Shown in pieces: positions 35,468 to 44,994 of a stretch of DNA of 64,000 bases. The stretch comes from Alphaproteobacteria bacterium. Lineage in GTDB: Bacteria; Pseudomonadota; Alphaproteobacteria; MPNO01. The position numbers were made by a program, and so were the translations under genes. The DNA is taken from positions 480,001 through 544,000 of the forward strand of contig OZ219866.1 of the NCBI GenBank assembly GCA_964291675.2. The letters are read 5' to 3'. Position 1 is the stretch's first letter; the number at the start of each line of letters is the position of its first letter. The notes below the pieces were generated by a model. That model was given only the letters and a program-made list of their open reading frames with translations. It was not told where the DNA came from and searched no databases.

Positions 35468-35976
35468 GCGGGGGCCTCTCGTCGGCGGACAGCATCGAGG
35501 CGCTGCTCCGGCTTCGCCGGGTCGAGGAATTCCTGTTCCACGAGGCGCGGCTGATCGACGAGCGGCGCTTCGAGGACTGGCGCGACCTCTACACCGAGGA
35601 CGGCATCTACTGGGTGCCGTCCGAGCCGGACCAGGACAACCCGGTCGACCGGCTGTCGATCTTCTACGAGAACCGCGCGCTGATGGATGTGCGAATCCGC
35701 CAGCTCCGCCACAACGCGTTCTGGGCCCAGATCCCGCCGGTGCGGACCCGCCACGTGATCGGCAACGTGGTGCTGGAGGAGGGCGGCGAGGGCGCGGAGC
35801 TCCGCACCCGCTCGTCCTTCGTGATGCTGGAGCACCGCGACGACCGCCGCCGCGTGTTCGGCGGCGAGGCGCGCCACCGTCTGCGTCCCGAGGGCGAGGG
35901 CTTCAGGATCGCCTGGAAGCGCGTCGACCTGGTCGATTGCGAGGGCACCCACGGCTTCATGTCGGTGCCCTTCTGA
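35464..35976 (+). CDS. Ring-hydroxylating oxygenase beta subunit
   Basis: FLFHEARLIDERRFEDW, YWVP, RTRHVIGNV, IAWKRVDL; GTG start overlaps the alpha stop. Confidence 0.92.
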   Translation: MSGGLSSADSIEALLRLRRVEEFLFHEARLIDERRFEDWRDLYTEDGIYWVPSEPDQDNPVDRLSIFYENRALMDVRIRQLRHNAFWAQIPPVRTRHVIGNVVLEEGGEGAELRTRSSFVMLEHRDDRRRVFGGEARHRLRPEGEGFRIAWKRVDLVDCEGTHGFMSVPF

Positions 35977-35978
35977 GC

Positions 35979-37295
35979 TCACATCATCCCGGGCAAGTAG
36001 AGCGCCGTCGCCGGCACCAGCACGATGATGGCGAGGCGGACGATATCGCTCACGACGAACGGCAGGACGCCCTTGAAGGTGTGGTTCATCGGCACGTCGT
36101 CGGCCATCGCGTTGATGACGAAGATGTTGAGCCCGAAGGGCGGGGTGATCATCCCCATCTCGACCGCCATCAGCGCCAGGATGCCGAACCACACGCCGAC
36201 CTGGTCGGGGGTCAGGCCGAGGTCGAGCGACGAGACGATGGGGTAGAACACCGGCATGGTGAGCAGCACCATCGCCAGCGCATCCATCACGCAGCCGAGC
36301 AGGATGTAGATCAGCAGCATCGCCGCGATGATCAGCAGCGGCGGCGCGTCGAGGCCGAGCACGACCTGGCCCAGCTCCTGCGGCATCTGCGTGAGGGCGA
36401 GGAAGGCGTTGAAGATCTCCGCGCCCATCAGGATCAGGAAGATCAGCGCCGTGGTCTCCGCCGTGTCGACCAGGCACTCGCGCAGGCCCCGCCAGCGCAT
36501 CCCCCCCACGGCGACGGCGAGCAGCCCGACCGCGGCCGCGCCGATCGCCGCGCCCTCGGTGGGCGAGAACCAGCCGAGATAGATGCCGCCGACGACGAGC
36601 ACGAAGACCAGCGCCGTCGGCCAGATCTCCTGCAGGCTCATCAGCTTCTCGCGCCACGAGGCGCGGGGCACCGCCGGCGCGGCCTCGGGCGCCAGGCGGA
36701 CATAGACCGCGACCACGATCATGTAGCCGACGGTCGCGATGATGCCGGGGATCAGCGCGGCGAGGAACAGATGGCCGATCGACTGCTCGGTATAGACGGC
36801 GTAGATGACCAGGATCACCGATGGCGGGATCAATATGCCGAGGGTGCCGCCGGCCGCCAGCGTGCCGGTCGACAGCGCATCCGAGTAGCGGTAGCGGCGC
36901 ATCTCGGGCAGCGCCACCTGCGACATCGTAGCGGCGGTGGCGAGCGAGGAGCCGCAGATCGCGCCGAACATGGCGCACCCCCCCACCGAGGCGATCGCCA
37001 GCCCGCCCCGCATATACCCGAACCAGGCGCTGGCGGCGCGGAACAGGGCGCGGTTGAGCCCGGCCTTGGTGGCGAACTGCCCCATCAGCAGGAACAGCGG
37101 CACCACCGACAGGGTGTAGGACGAGAACCGGCTGTAGGTCGAGTTGTTGAGCGTCTTGATCAGCGGGTCCCAGCCGACCAGGAGCACATAGCCCAGCCCG
37201 CCGACGAACAGCATGGCAAGCCCCACCGGCATGCGCAGCATGATGGCCAGCAGCGTGACCGCGAACAGCACAAGCCCCATCTCAAAGCCGCTCAT
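35979..37295 (-). CDS. dctM: TRAP large permease DctM (2)
   Basis: PLFLLMG, CGSSLATA, GTLGILIPPS, SPTEGA, ITPPFG. Confidence 0.92.
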   Translation of the reverse strand: MSGFEMGLVLFAVTLLAIMLRMPVGLAMLFVGGLGYVLLVGWDPLIKTLNNSTYSRFSSYTLSVVPLFLLMGQFATKAGLNRALFRAASAWFGYMRGGLAIASVGGCAMFGAICGSSLATAATMSQVALPEMRRYRYSDALSTGTLAAGGTLGILIPPSVILVIYAVYTEQSIGHLFLAALIPGIIATVGYMIVVAVYVRLAPEAAPAVPRASWREKLMSLQEIWPTALVFVLVVGGIYLGWFSPTEGAAIGAAAVGLLAVAVGGMRWRGLRECLVDTAETTALIFLILMGAEIFNAFLALTQMPQELGQVVLGLDAPPLLIIAAMLLIYILLGCVMDALAMVLLTMPVFYPIVSSLDLGLTPDQVGVWFGILALMAVEMGMITPPFGLNIFVINAMADDVPMNHTFKGVLPFVVSDIVRLAIIVLVPATALYLPGMM

Positions 37296-37858
37296 GACGC
37301 GGCCCTGCCGGCGCGGCGGGACTCCCGCATATGCCCGATCGAGCGCAGCATCGCGTACAGGCAGGCGAGCGACCAGGCGATGCAGCCGATGAAGGCGAGC
37401 CCGTACCCCCACCATTGCGGGATACGCAGGAACATCGACGCGTCGGAAGCGTGGTAGGTCGCGATCCCGCCGACCGCGAGGCGCCAGGTGACGATCAGGA
37501 TGCAGACCGAGAAGATCGCGTTCATCGTCGCGTCCAGCCCGTCGCGCGCCGCCTGGCTCAGCCGCGCGGTGAAGAAGTCGACGATCACGTTCGCCGCGCG
37601 CATCTGGCAATAGGGCATGAAGGAGAAGATGGCGATCGCGCAGCCGAGCTCGACGATCTCCTGATCGCCGAGCACCGGCAGATCGAACCCGGTTCGCCCG
37701 ACCACGCTGATCACCGTGAAGGCGGTCATGACGATGAGGACGATGCCGCCGAAAACGGCAAGCGCCTCGCTCAGCGCGAACAGCGCCGCTCCGAACCGGT
37801 CGTCACGGGGGGCGGCGAGGCGCTGCCTGGCGCCGCCCCCCGATTCGGACTCCGCCAT
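37292..37858 (-). CDS. dctQ: TRAP small permease DctQ (2)
   Basis: VVGR, GDQEIVE, NVIVDFF; four TM segments. Confidence 0.88.
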   Translation of the reverse strand: MAESESGGGARQRLAAPRDDRFGAALFALSEALAVFGGIVLIVMTAFTVISVVGRTGFDLPVLGDQEIVELGCAIAIFSFMPYCQMRAANVIVDFFTARLSQAARDGLDATMNAIFSVCILIVTWRLAVGGIATYHASDASMFLRIPQWWGYGLAFIGCIAWSLACLYAMLRSIGHMRESRRAGRAAS

Positions 37859-37861
37859 GCG

Positions 37862-38893
37862 CTACTGGCGGTACTTCTTCGCCAAGGCGAGGAGGTCGGC
37901 GAACATCTGCTTGCCGTTCAGCCCCTTGGCGTCCATGTCCCCGATCCACGCCTGGTGCGCGCCGCGCGCCGCCGCCCGCCAGCGCGCTTCCTCCTCGGCC
38001 GACAGGGTGATGATCTCGTTGCCCTTCTTGCGCGCGATCTCGCGGCCCGGCGCGGCACCGCCGTCCCAGAGCTTCCCGTAGCGCTTGGCGAACGCCTTGC
38101 CGGTGCTCATCCCGACCGCCTTCTTCTGCTTGGCGTCGAGCTTGTTCCAGCTGCCCATGTGCATCACGGTCAGCAGCAGGGAGTGGTAGATCTTCACGTC
38201 GGTGTGGAACTTGGTCACCTCGGCGTATTTGAACGGGATGGTGATCAGCCACGGGATCAGCATGCCCTGGGTCTGGCCGCGCGCCAGCGACTCGTAGACC
38301 GCGGGCAGCGGCATCTGCACCGGGACGCCGCCCAGCGCCTTGACCGCCATGCCGATATAGCGCCCGGCGACGCGGAGCTTGAGCCCCTTGATGTCCTCCA
38401 GCTTGCGCACCGGGCGCTTGGTGGTGTGCAGGATGCCGATATCGATGGCGTTCAGCGTGATCAGCTTGACGGTCTTGAACTCCCGGTGCGCGTACTTGTC
38501 GACCCAGTCCCAGGCGACCTGGCTGAAGGCCTCGCCGGTATCGCCGATGAACGGCAGCTCCAGCGCGGTCAGGATGGGAAACCGCCCGGCGTGATACCCG
38601 GGCAGGGTATAGGACATGTCGACCACGCCGTTCTCGGCCTGCGCGATCAGGTCGCGCGGCTTGCCGCCGAGCGCCATGCCGTAATAGACCTGCAAGGTGA
38701 GCGTGTTGCCGGAATGCCGCTCGAGATCCTGCTTGAGCGGCTCGAAGATCCACTTGGTCTCCGGCTGCTTGGGCGAGCCGAAAGTGTGGAGCTTCAGCTT
38801 CAGCGCATCGGCCCCCGCCGTACCGGCGCCAAGCGCCAGACCCGCGGCGGCGGCAAGCCCCATCGTCCTGAGCACCGTTCGAAAAGCCGTCAT
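37862..38893 (-). CDS. dctP: TRAP substrate-binding protein DctP (2)
   Basis: Signal peptide, MALGG, PGYHAGRFP, ELPF, GLKLRV (conserved Arg). Confidence 0.9.
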   Translation of the reverse strand: MTAFRTVLRTMGLAAAAGLALGAGTAGADALKLKLHTFGSPKQPETKWIFEPLKQDLERHSGNTLTLQVYYGMALGGKPRDLIAQAENGVVDMSYTLPGYHAGRFPILTALELPFIGDTGEAFSQVAWDWVDKYAHREFKTVKLITLNAIDIGILHTTKRPVRKLEDIKGLKLRVAGRYIGMAVKALGGVPVQMPLPAVYESLARGQTQGMLIPWLITIPFKYAEVTKFHTDVKIYHSLLLTVMHMGSWNKLDAKQKKAVGMSTGKAFAKRYGKLWDGGAAPGREIARKKGNEIITLSAEEEARWRAAARGAHQAWIGDMDAKGLNGKQMFADLLALAKKYRQ

Positions 38894-39000
38894 GTCCGTT
38901 CCTCCGTGGATTCACCGCGCGATGGCGGTCCCTGCTGGTACGGAGCGATCCTAGCCGGTCAGGGCGCGCGGGCGAAACGGCGCCGGGGCGCGCGCCCGCC

Positions 39001-39270
39001 TCAGTCGAACAGCACGTCGTCGAGGAACGGGTCTTCGGGGAGCGCGGTCTCGCTGTCGAGCAGCGCGCCGCAGCCGGGGCAGGCGAAACGGCGCAGCACC
39101 ACCCGCTCGCCGCCGCTATAGGGAACCCCCGCCGCGCCCCGCATCGGGATCTCGGTCATCGCGGCGGCCTGCTTCCAGGGCGTTCCCCCGGGGCCGAGCG
39201 CGCGGCCGCATTTGCGGCAACGGATCTCGCCTCCGTCGATCTCCAGCGTGCTGGAGACCCGCCGGCTCAT
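39001..39270 (-). CDS. Acetone-carboxylase gamma-like small Zn subunit
   Basis: CRKCG and CPGCG Cys pairs, 89 aa, overlaps the hydantoinase B stop. Confidence 0.8.
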   Translation of the reverse strand: MSRRVSSTLEIDGGEIRCRKCGRALGPGGTPWKQAAAMTEIPMRGAAGVPYSGGERVVLRRFACPGCGALLDSETALPEDPFLDDVLFD

Positions 39271-41102
39271 TCCGCCGCCTCGGCGGGGAGGCGCTGGGCG
39301 GCGAGCGCCTTGCGCCGGGCCGCCGTCGCCTCGGCATCGAAGCCGGCGAGGTCCTCGTCGACCGCCACGCCGTAGACGCTCGCCGCGGTCTCCCGCGACA
39401 CCACGCCGGCGCGGCAGTCTTCCAGCACCGATCCGGGCTCGCGGTCGAGCGGGTCGCCGAACCCGCCGCCGCCGTTCCAGCGCAGATAGAGCACGTCGTC
39501 CCCCATCAGCGGGAACACGCCCCAGGAGATGCGCTCCTGCTCGCCGGGCAGGTCGTCGACCGACTGGCCGAACGCGGAATCGACGTTGCGCGCCCCGGCG
39601 TCCGCCTCGTTGTTCTTGACCCAGACATACGAGTTGGGGGCCCCGGGATAGCCGCCGGCGAGGCCGTCGCTCATCGGGAAGTCGGCGCCCTTGCCGGAGA
39701 CCACGTAGTGCAGCCCGCCATCCGGCGCGTCATGCGGCGTGAGGCCGATCTCCATTCCGGCGCCGCCGCGGTAGCGCCCGGGACCGCCCGAATCCCGCAT
39801 CCGGCGGCGGAACAGGTAGCGCAGCGGAAAGATCGTCTCCAGCGTCTCGACATTGGCCATGCGCGAGATCGGGTTGGGGATCTCGCCGCCGACATCGATC
39901 CCGTCGGCGAAGTTGCGCGCCCCGCCGGACCCGGCGAAGGTCTCGGTCAGGATGCCGATCGCCTCGCCGCCATGCTGGTTGCGGCCGAACATGAAGACGG
40001 CGAAGTGGTTGGCGTGCCACACCGCGGTCGCCTCGCTGGCGTATTTCTCGCTCGCATCGAGCATCTTGCCGATCGCCGCGCAGGCCGCGTTGTTGACCGA
40101 CTGGATGGCGCCCACCGTGGCGACCGAGACCGGCGCGGGCCGCGTGCAGTTGACGATCGAGCCTTCGGGCGCGATCATCTCGATGGGCCGCACGACGCCT
40201 TCGTTCCAGGTGATGTCGAAGCAGAGCAGCGGAAAGAGCGGCGCGAACAGCCCGCCGAGCGAGGCCCACTTGGTGCAGTTGATGGCATAGGGCGCCTGCG
40301 GGCTCGACCCCGAGAAATCGAACACCAGGCTGTCGTCCCGCTTGGTCATCGTCAGGTTGACCTTGAACACCTCGCCCTGGACGTCGATGTACTGGCGCGA
40401 TTTCCAGGACCCGTCGGGCAGCTCGCGCAGGCGCTCGCGCAGCAGCGTCTCGGATTGCCCGATCAGCGTGCGGCAGGCCTCGTCGACGGTCTCGTGTCCG
40501 TACTTGTCGATCAGCGCCAGCATGCGCTCGCGCGCGACGTTGTTGCAGGCGATCATCGAGGACATGTCGAGCGCCACCATCTCGGGCGAGCGCACCATGT
40601 TGAGAAGGGTGTCCATCACGTCCCGGTTCACCCTGCCGCCGCTGACCAGCCTTATGCCGGGCGACGAAAAACCCTCGGTGAATATGTCGGGCGCGTCGGG
40701 GCAGAACCCGCCGGGATTGGTCGCGCCGATGTCGTAGACGTGGACGAAGCACGCGCTCCAGGCGACGAGCTCGCCGCGATGGTGGATCGGCGCCACGAGA
40801 TAGATGTCCGAGGTGTGCAGCGCCGCCGTGTAGGGGTCGTTGAGCAGGAAGACGTCGCCCTCGTTGATGTCCGCGCCGAAGCGCCGGATCGTCGCCTTGC
40901 AGGCCTCGGCGGCGCTGGTCAGATGGTGCAGGAAGCCGACGCCCCCCATCAGCAGCGAGCCGTCGGCGCGGTAGAGCGACACCATGAGATCGTGCCCCTC
41001 ATTGGTGATCGCCGACCCGGAAACGTGCTTCAGGGTGATCACCGCCTCGTCGACGATGCGGAACAGGCGGTGGCGGATGATGGAGAAGGTGATGGGGTCC
41101 AT
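39267..41102 (-). CDS. Hydantoinase B/oxoprolinase family (metal-binding subunit)
   Basis: MDPITF, LNDPY...HTSD, HVYDIG, DSGGPGRYRGG, GGGGFGDPLDR. Confidence 0.92.
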   Translation of the reverse strand: MDPITFSIIRHRLFRIVDEAVITLKHVSGSAITNEGHDLMVSLYRADGSLLMGGVGFLHHLTSAAEACKATIRRFGADINEGDVFLLNDPYTAALHTSDIYLVAPIHHRGELVAWSACFVHVYDIGATNPGGFCPDAPDIFTEGFSSPGIRLVSGGRVNRDVMDTLLNMVRSPEMVALDMSSMIACNNVARERMLALIDKYGHETVDEACRTLIGQSETLLRERLRELPDGSWKSRQYIDVQGEVFKVNLTMTKRDDSLVFDFSGSSPQAPYAINCTKWASLGGLFAPLFPLLCFDITWNEGVVRPIEMIAPEGSIVNCTRPAPVSVATVGAIQSVNNAACAAIGKMLDASEKYASEATAVWHANHFAVFMFGRNQHGGEAIGILTETFAGSGGARNFADGIDVGGEIPNPISRMANVETLETIFPLRYLFRRRMRDSGGPGRYRGGAGMEIGLTPHDAPDGGLHYVVSGKGADFPMSDGLAGGYPGAPNSYVWVKNNEADAGARNVDSAFGQSVDDLPGEQERISWGVFPLMGDDVLYLRWNGGGGFGDPLDREPGSVLEDCRAGVVSRETAASVYGVAVDEDLAGFDAEATAARRKALAAQRLPAEAAE

Positions 41103-41113
41103 CGCGGGGCTCC

Positions 41114-43228
41114 TCAGTCGAACGCGATGACGATATTTCGGTATGGGTCCATGCGCGCGGCCTGCGCGGCCTGGACGACGATGGTGGTGATCGGCGTGTG
41201 GATCACCGCCGGGCCGGCCACCAGATTGCCCGGGGCGAGCGCGGCGAAGTCGTAGATATCGGCCGGCGCGAGCCCGCCCTTGGCCTCGACGAACACGTCG
41301 CGCCTGCCGCGATGGGCGGCGCCGGCATCCTCGCCGGCGAGCGCCTCGACCGGAATCTCGGGGCGCGTCATGCGGCCGCGCGCGGAGAGCCGGAACATGG
41401 TCATCTCGATACCGGCCCCGCGATAGGCCGAGCCCTTGCCGTATTTGCGCTCATACAGCGCCTCGAAGTCGCTCACCAGCGTCTCCAGCCCGGCCTCGTC
41501 GAGCGGGGTCGCGGCGCGCACCAGGGTGGTCACCTCGTGCACCTGGCGGCGATAGCGGAGATCGGCCGACCATTGCAGCGCGATATCGCCGTCCGCGAAG
41601 CCTTCGCCGGCGAGCTGGTTGCGGGCGCGCTCGGCCATCGGCGCGAAGATCGCGTTGATCTCATCGGCCGGCGTCGGCACCGGCCGCGTCGCGGTGTGCG
41701 CGAACTCGTGCACCACGTCGGCCGACACCAGGCCGAAGGCGCAGTTCACCGCGGCGGTGTAGGGCACCACGATGCGCTTGACGCTGAGCTCCTGGCCGAA
41801 CACGCCGGCGAGCAGCGGGCAGGAGCCGCCGAAGGCGTGCAGCACGAAATCGCGCGGATCGAGGCCGCGCTCGACGGTGATCTCGTGGATCAGATCGGCG
41901 ATCTGGGCGGCGGCGACGCGAAAGATGCCGAAGGCGGCCTCGTCGACGCCCATCCCCATCGGCCGGGCGATCTTCGCCTCGAACGCCGCGCGCGCCGCGT
42001 CGACGTCGAGGCGCATGGCGCCGCCGAGAAAGATGTCCGGGTCCATGTAGCCGATCAGCGTCATCACGTCGGTGAGCGTCGGCTCGACGCCGCCGAGCCC
42101 GTAGCACACCGGGCCCGGCCGGGCGCCGGCGCTCTTGGGGCCGACGCGCGGCACGTTGGTCCGGGGCTCGAGCGAGACGATGGAGCCGCCGCCGGCGCCG
42201 ATCGAGACGACCTCGATCTTGGGCGCGACATAGTGGTAGCGGTCGACCAGCGGCTCGCGCGCGAATTCGAGCTCGCCGCCCTGGATCACGCCCACCTTGA
42301 ACGTGGTGCCGCCCATGTCGGCCGCGATCACGTCGGGATCGCCCATCGCGGCGCCGAGGAACCTGGCGCCGATCACCCCGGCGGCGGGGCCGCATTCGAT
42401 CATCCCGACGGCGCGACGCGACGCCTCCTCGGCCGGCAGCAGCCCGCCATAGCCCTGCATCACCAGCAGCGGGCCGCCGTAGCCCTTGTGCGCCAGCAGG
42501 GCCTCCAGCTCGATGATGTAGTCGTAGGCGATCCGCCCCGCATAGGCGTTGATGACGGTCGTCGAGGTGCGTTCGTACTCGCCGGGCACCGGTGCGATGT
42601 CGCTCGATATCGTCACATAGGCGCCGGGCGCCGCCGCGGCCGCGATGTCGCGGACGCGGCGTTCGTGGTCCGGGTTGTAGCAGGACCAGAGGAAGCAGAT
42701 TGCGATCGCCTCGACGCCCATCTTCTCCGCCAGGTGGCGGATCGCGGCCTCGGCCGCATCCTCGTCGAGCTCGCGGATCACCGCGCCCTTGTAGTCGACC
42801 CGCTCCGGCACCCCGCGGATACGCGCCGCCGGCACCAGCGGCGGCGCGCGGTCGGTCTTCACCGGATGCTTGAGCCCCTCCTCCGCCAGCCCGGCCCAGC
42901 GGCCATAGGCGCCCCGCGTGACCAGCAGCGTGTCCTCGAAGCCCTCGGTGGTGATCAGCCCCGTCCGCGCCCCGTCGCGCGTGAGCAGCGCGTTGTCCAC
43001 CACGGTCGAGCCGTGGGTGAACAGGCCGGTGCGCTTCAGCAGATCCTCGAGCCCGACCCCCATCGAGTCCGCGGCGGAGCGTATGGAGTCGAGCACGCCG
43101 TTGGCGAAATCGGGCGGGGTGGAGAGCGCCTTGCCGATATGGACCGGCTCGCCCGCGGCGAACACGACGGTGTCGGTGCAGGTGCCCCCGACATCGGTCG
43201 CAATCACATAGGTGTTTCCGCCGTTCAT
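41114..43228 (-). CDS. Hydantoinase A/oxoprolinase family (ATP-binding subunit)
   Basis: DVGGTCTD, EYERTSTTVINAY, CGPAAG, DMGGTT, IGAGGGSI, SAGARPGPVCY, FGG. Confidence 0.93.
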   Translation of the reverse strand: MNGGNTYVIATDVGGTCTDTVVFAAGEPVHIGKALSTPPDFANGVLDSIRSAADSMGVGLEDLLKRTGLFTHGSTVVDNALLTRDGARTGLITTEGFEDTLLVTRGAYGRWAGLAEEGLKHPVKTDRAPPLVPAARIRGVPERVDYKGAVIRELDEDAAEAAIRHLAEKMGVEAIAICFLWSCYNPDHERRVRDIAAAAAPGAYVTISSDIAPVPGEYERTSTTVINAYAGRIAYDYIIELEALLAHKGYGGPLLVMQGYGGLLPAEEASRRAVGMIECGPAAGVIGARFLGAAMGDPDVIAADMGGTTFKVGVIQGGELEFAREPLVDRYHYVAPKIEVVSIGAGGGSIVSLEPRTNVPRVGPKSAGARPGPVCYGLGGVEPTLTDVMTLIGYMDPDIFLGGAMRLDVDAARAAFEAKIARPMGMGVDEAAFGIFRVAAAQIADLIHEITVERGLDPRDFVLHAFGGSCPLLAGVFGQELSVKRIVVPYTAAVNCAFGLVSADVVHEFAHTATRPVPTPADEINAIFAPMAERARNQLAGEGFADGDIALQWSADLRYRRQVHEVTTLVRAATPLDEAGLETLVSDFEALYERKYGKGSAYRGAGIEMTMFRLSARGRMTRPEIPVEALAGEDAGAAHRGRRDVFVEAKGGLAPADIYDFAALAPGNLVAGPAVIHTPITTIVVQAAQAARMDPYRNIVIAFD

Positions 43229-43327
43229 CGCCGTCCCGCAATCGGCACCGACGGCGAAACCATGCGCGCCGCCGTCCAGGCGGTCAAGCAATCCGGGCGC
43301 GCCCGGCGGCGGCGGCGCGCGCCGGGC

Positions 43328-43684
43328 CTATCGCCGCATCCGCCTCGCCCGCCGGTCCGGGCCGTAGAACTTCGCCAGATAGTCGAGGACCAGAACCTCG
43401 TCCTCCGGCTCGAGCTCCGCCATCTCCTGTTCCTCGACCATGAATTCGAGGACCTCTTCCCAGGTCGAGCGCGACAGCCCCTGCTGCATGACCAGCTTCA
43501 TCGAATGACAGGGCCCGCACAGGCCGAAGACCTCGTCGCGCCCGGCGCCCGGCGGCAGGCCCTGATACTCGTCCTCCTCCGCGGCCGCGGCGGGCCGCGG
43601 CGGGGCATCGGCGGCCACGGCGTTCGCCGGGGCGAAAAAACAAACTAACCCGGCGAGCGCGACGAGCGATGCGGGCCGCGGCAT
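43328..43684 (-). CDS. SorU/SorB-like monoheme cytochrome c
   Basis: Signal peptide, CGPCH heme motif, W...M...YL core; directly follows the sulfite oxidase gene. Confidence 0.85.
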   Translation of the reverse strand: MPRPASLVALAGLVCFFAPANAVAADAPPRPAAAAEEDEYQGLPPGAGRDEVFGLCGPCHSMKLVMQQGLSRSTWEEVLEFMVEEQEMAELEPEDEVLVLDYLAKFYGPDRRARRMRR

Positions 43685-43689
43685 GACCG

Positions 43690-44994
43690 CTAGGCCACGC
43701 GCACGGAGATCCGGTGCATCGAGTTGTTGAGATACCCCTTCGGGTTCCAGGCGATAGCGAAGGGCTGGCTCGTCCCCTTGTCGTCGGTCGCCCGCGCCCA
43801 GACCTCGTAATATCCCTTTTGCGGGAACTTCAACCTGGCCGACCAGCGCTGCCAGGCATAGGGGTTGACCGGCGCCTTGAGCTCCGCCCGCTGCCAGGAG
43901 GCGCCGAAATCGATCGAGACGTCGACCCGCGCGACCGCGTTGTCGCCGGCCCAGGCGTGGCCCGCCACCGCGAGCTCGCGACCGCCGATCGAAAGCCCGG
44001 TCTTCGGCGTCGTGATCAGGGATTTTACCGGCATGGAGTGGATGATCTGCATGGCGCTCTTCGGCACCTTCTCGCCGGGCGCCACCGGATAGTCGGGCAC
44101 GCGGTAGGAGGAGCCCGTCATCTTGGGCCCGTCATGCACGACATCGCGCAGCCAGATCCGCTTGAGCCATTTCTGCGAGCACGATCCGGGCCAGCCGGGG
44201 ATCACCAGGCGCAGCGGCGCCCCGTTCATCGGGTGCAGCGGACCGCCGTTCATGCCGAACGCGATCAAATTGCTCTCGTTCATCGCCTTCGCGATGGGCA
44301 CGCCGCGGGATATCGGCAGCTTTCCTTCCTTGCCGGACAGATGCGTGTCGGCGCCGACATGGGCGGTGTAGACGACGTTTTCCTTGACGCCCGCCGCCTT
44401 GAGCACGTCGGCGAGACGCACGCCGGTCCACTCCGAACAGGCGACCGCGCCCAGCGTCCATTGATTGCCGCGCGCGGGCGGGTCGAAGAACGCCCGTCCG
44501 TTGCCGCCGCATTCGATGGTCAGCCGCTGGGTGACGACGTCGAATCCCTTCTTCAGGTCGTCGATGCCCAAGGTCATCGGCTTGTTCACCAGACCGTCGA
44601 TCCGCAATCGCCAGGTCGAGGCATCCATGTCTTCCGGGACGACGCCGTTATTCCTGATGAAATGCCGGGCGGTGGGCGTGACCTCGTCGTCCAGCAGATG
44701 GGCCGGCGTCTCCGCGTTCACCGGGCGGTCGTTGAGCACGGTCAGCCCGTCCTTGCCGACGATTGTCGCCGGGTTGGCGGCGACCGCTTCCGGGATGAAC
44801 CCGGACGGCATGTTGCGGTGAAACGGGATCGCGGCGCCGACCGCCGCGCCCATCGCCGCGAGTCCGGCGCCTTTGAGGAATCCGCGGCGGTCCCCGTGCG
44901 GTTCCCGGCCGAACACAATGCGGTCGGCGCGCTCCGGATCCTCGGCGTAAAGCTCGAAGAGGTCGACGCGTTGTTTGTCCTCACGATGTGGCAT
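43690..44994 (-). CDS. Periplasmic molybdopterin sulfite dehydrogenase (SorT/SorA type)
   Basis: Tat motif RRGFLKG, NAETP, HFIRNNG, Mo-ligand ECGGNGR, GAPLRLVIPGWPG, WNPKGYLNN. Confidence 0.92.
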   Translation of the reverse strand: MPHREDKQRVDLFELYAEDPERADRIVFGREPHGDRRGFLKGAGLAAMGAAVGAAIPFHRNMPSGFIPEAVAANPATIVGKDGLTVLNDRPVNAETPAHLLDDEVTPTARHFIRNNGVVPEDMDASTWRLRIDGLVNKPMTLGIDDLKKGFDVVTQRLTIECGGNGRAFFDPPARGNQWTLGAVACSEWTGVRLADVLKAAGVKENVVYTAHVGADTHLSGKEGKLPISRGVPIAKAMNESNLIAFGMNGGPLHPMNGAPLRLVIPGWPGSCSQKWLKRIWLRDVVHDGPKMTGSSYRVPDYPVAPGEKVPKSAMQIIHSMPVKSLITTPKTGLSIGGRELAVAGHAWAGDNAVARVDVSIDFGASWQRAELKAPVNPYAWQRWSARLKFPQKGYYEVWARATDDKGTSQPFAIAWNPKGYLNNSMHRISVRVA

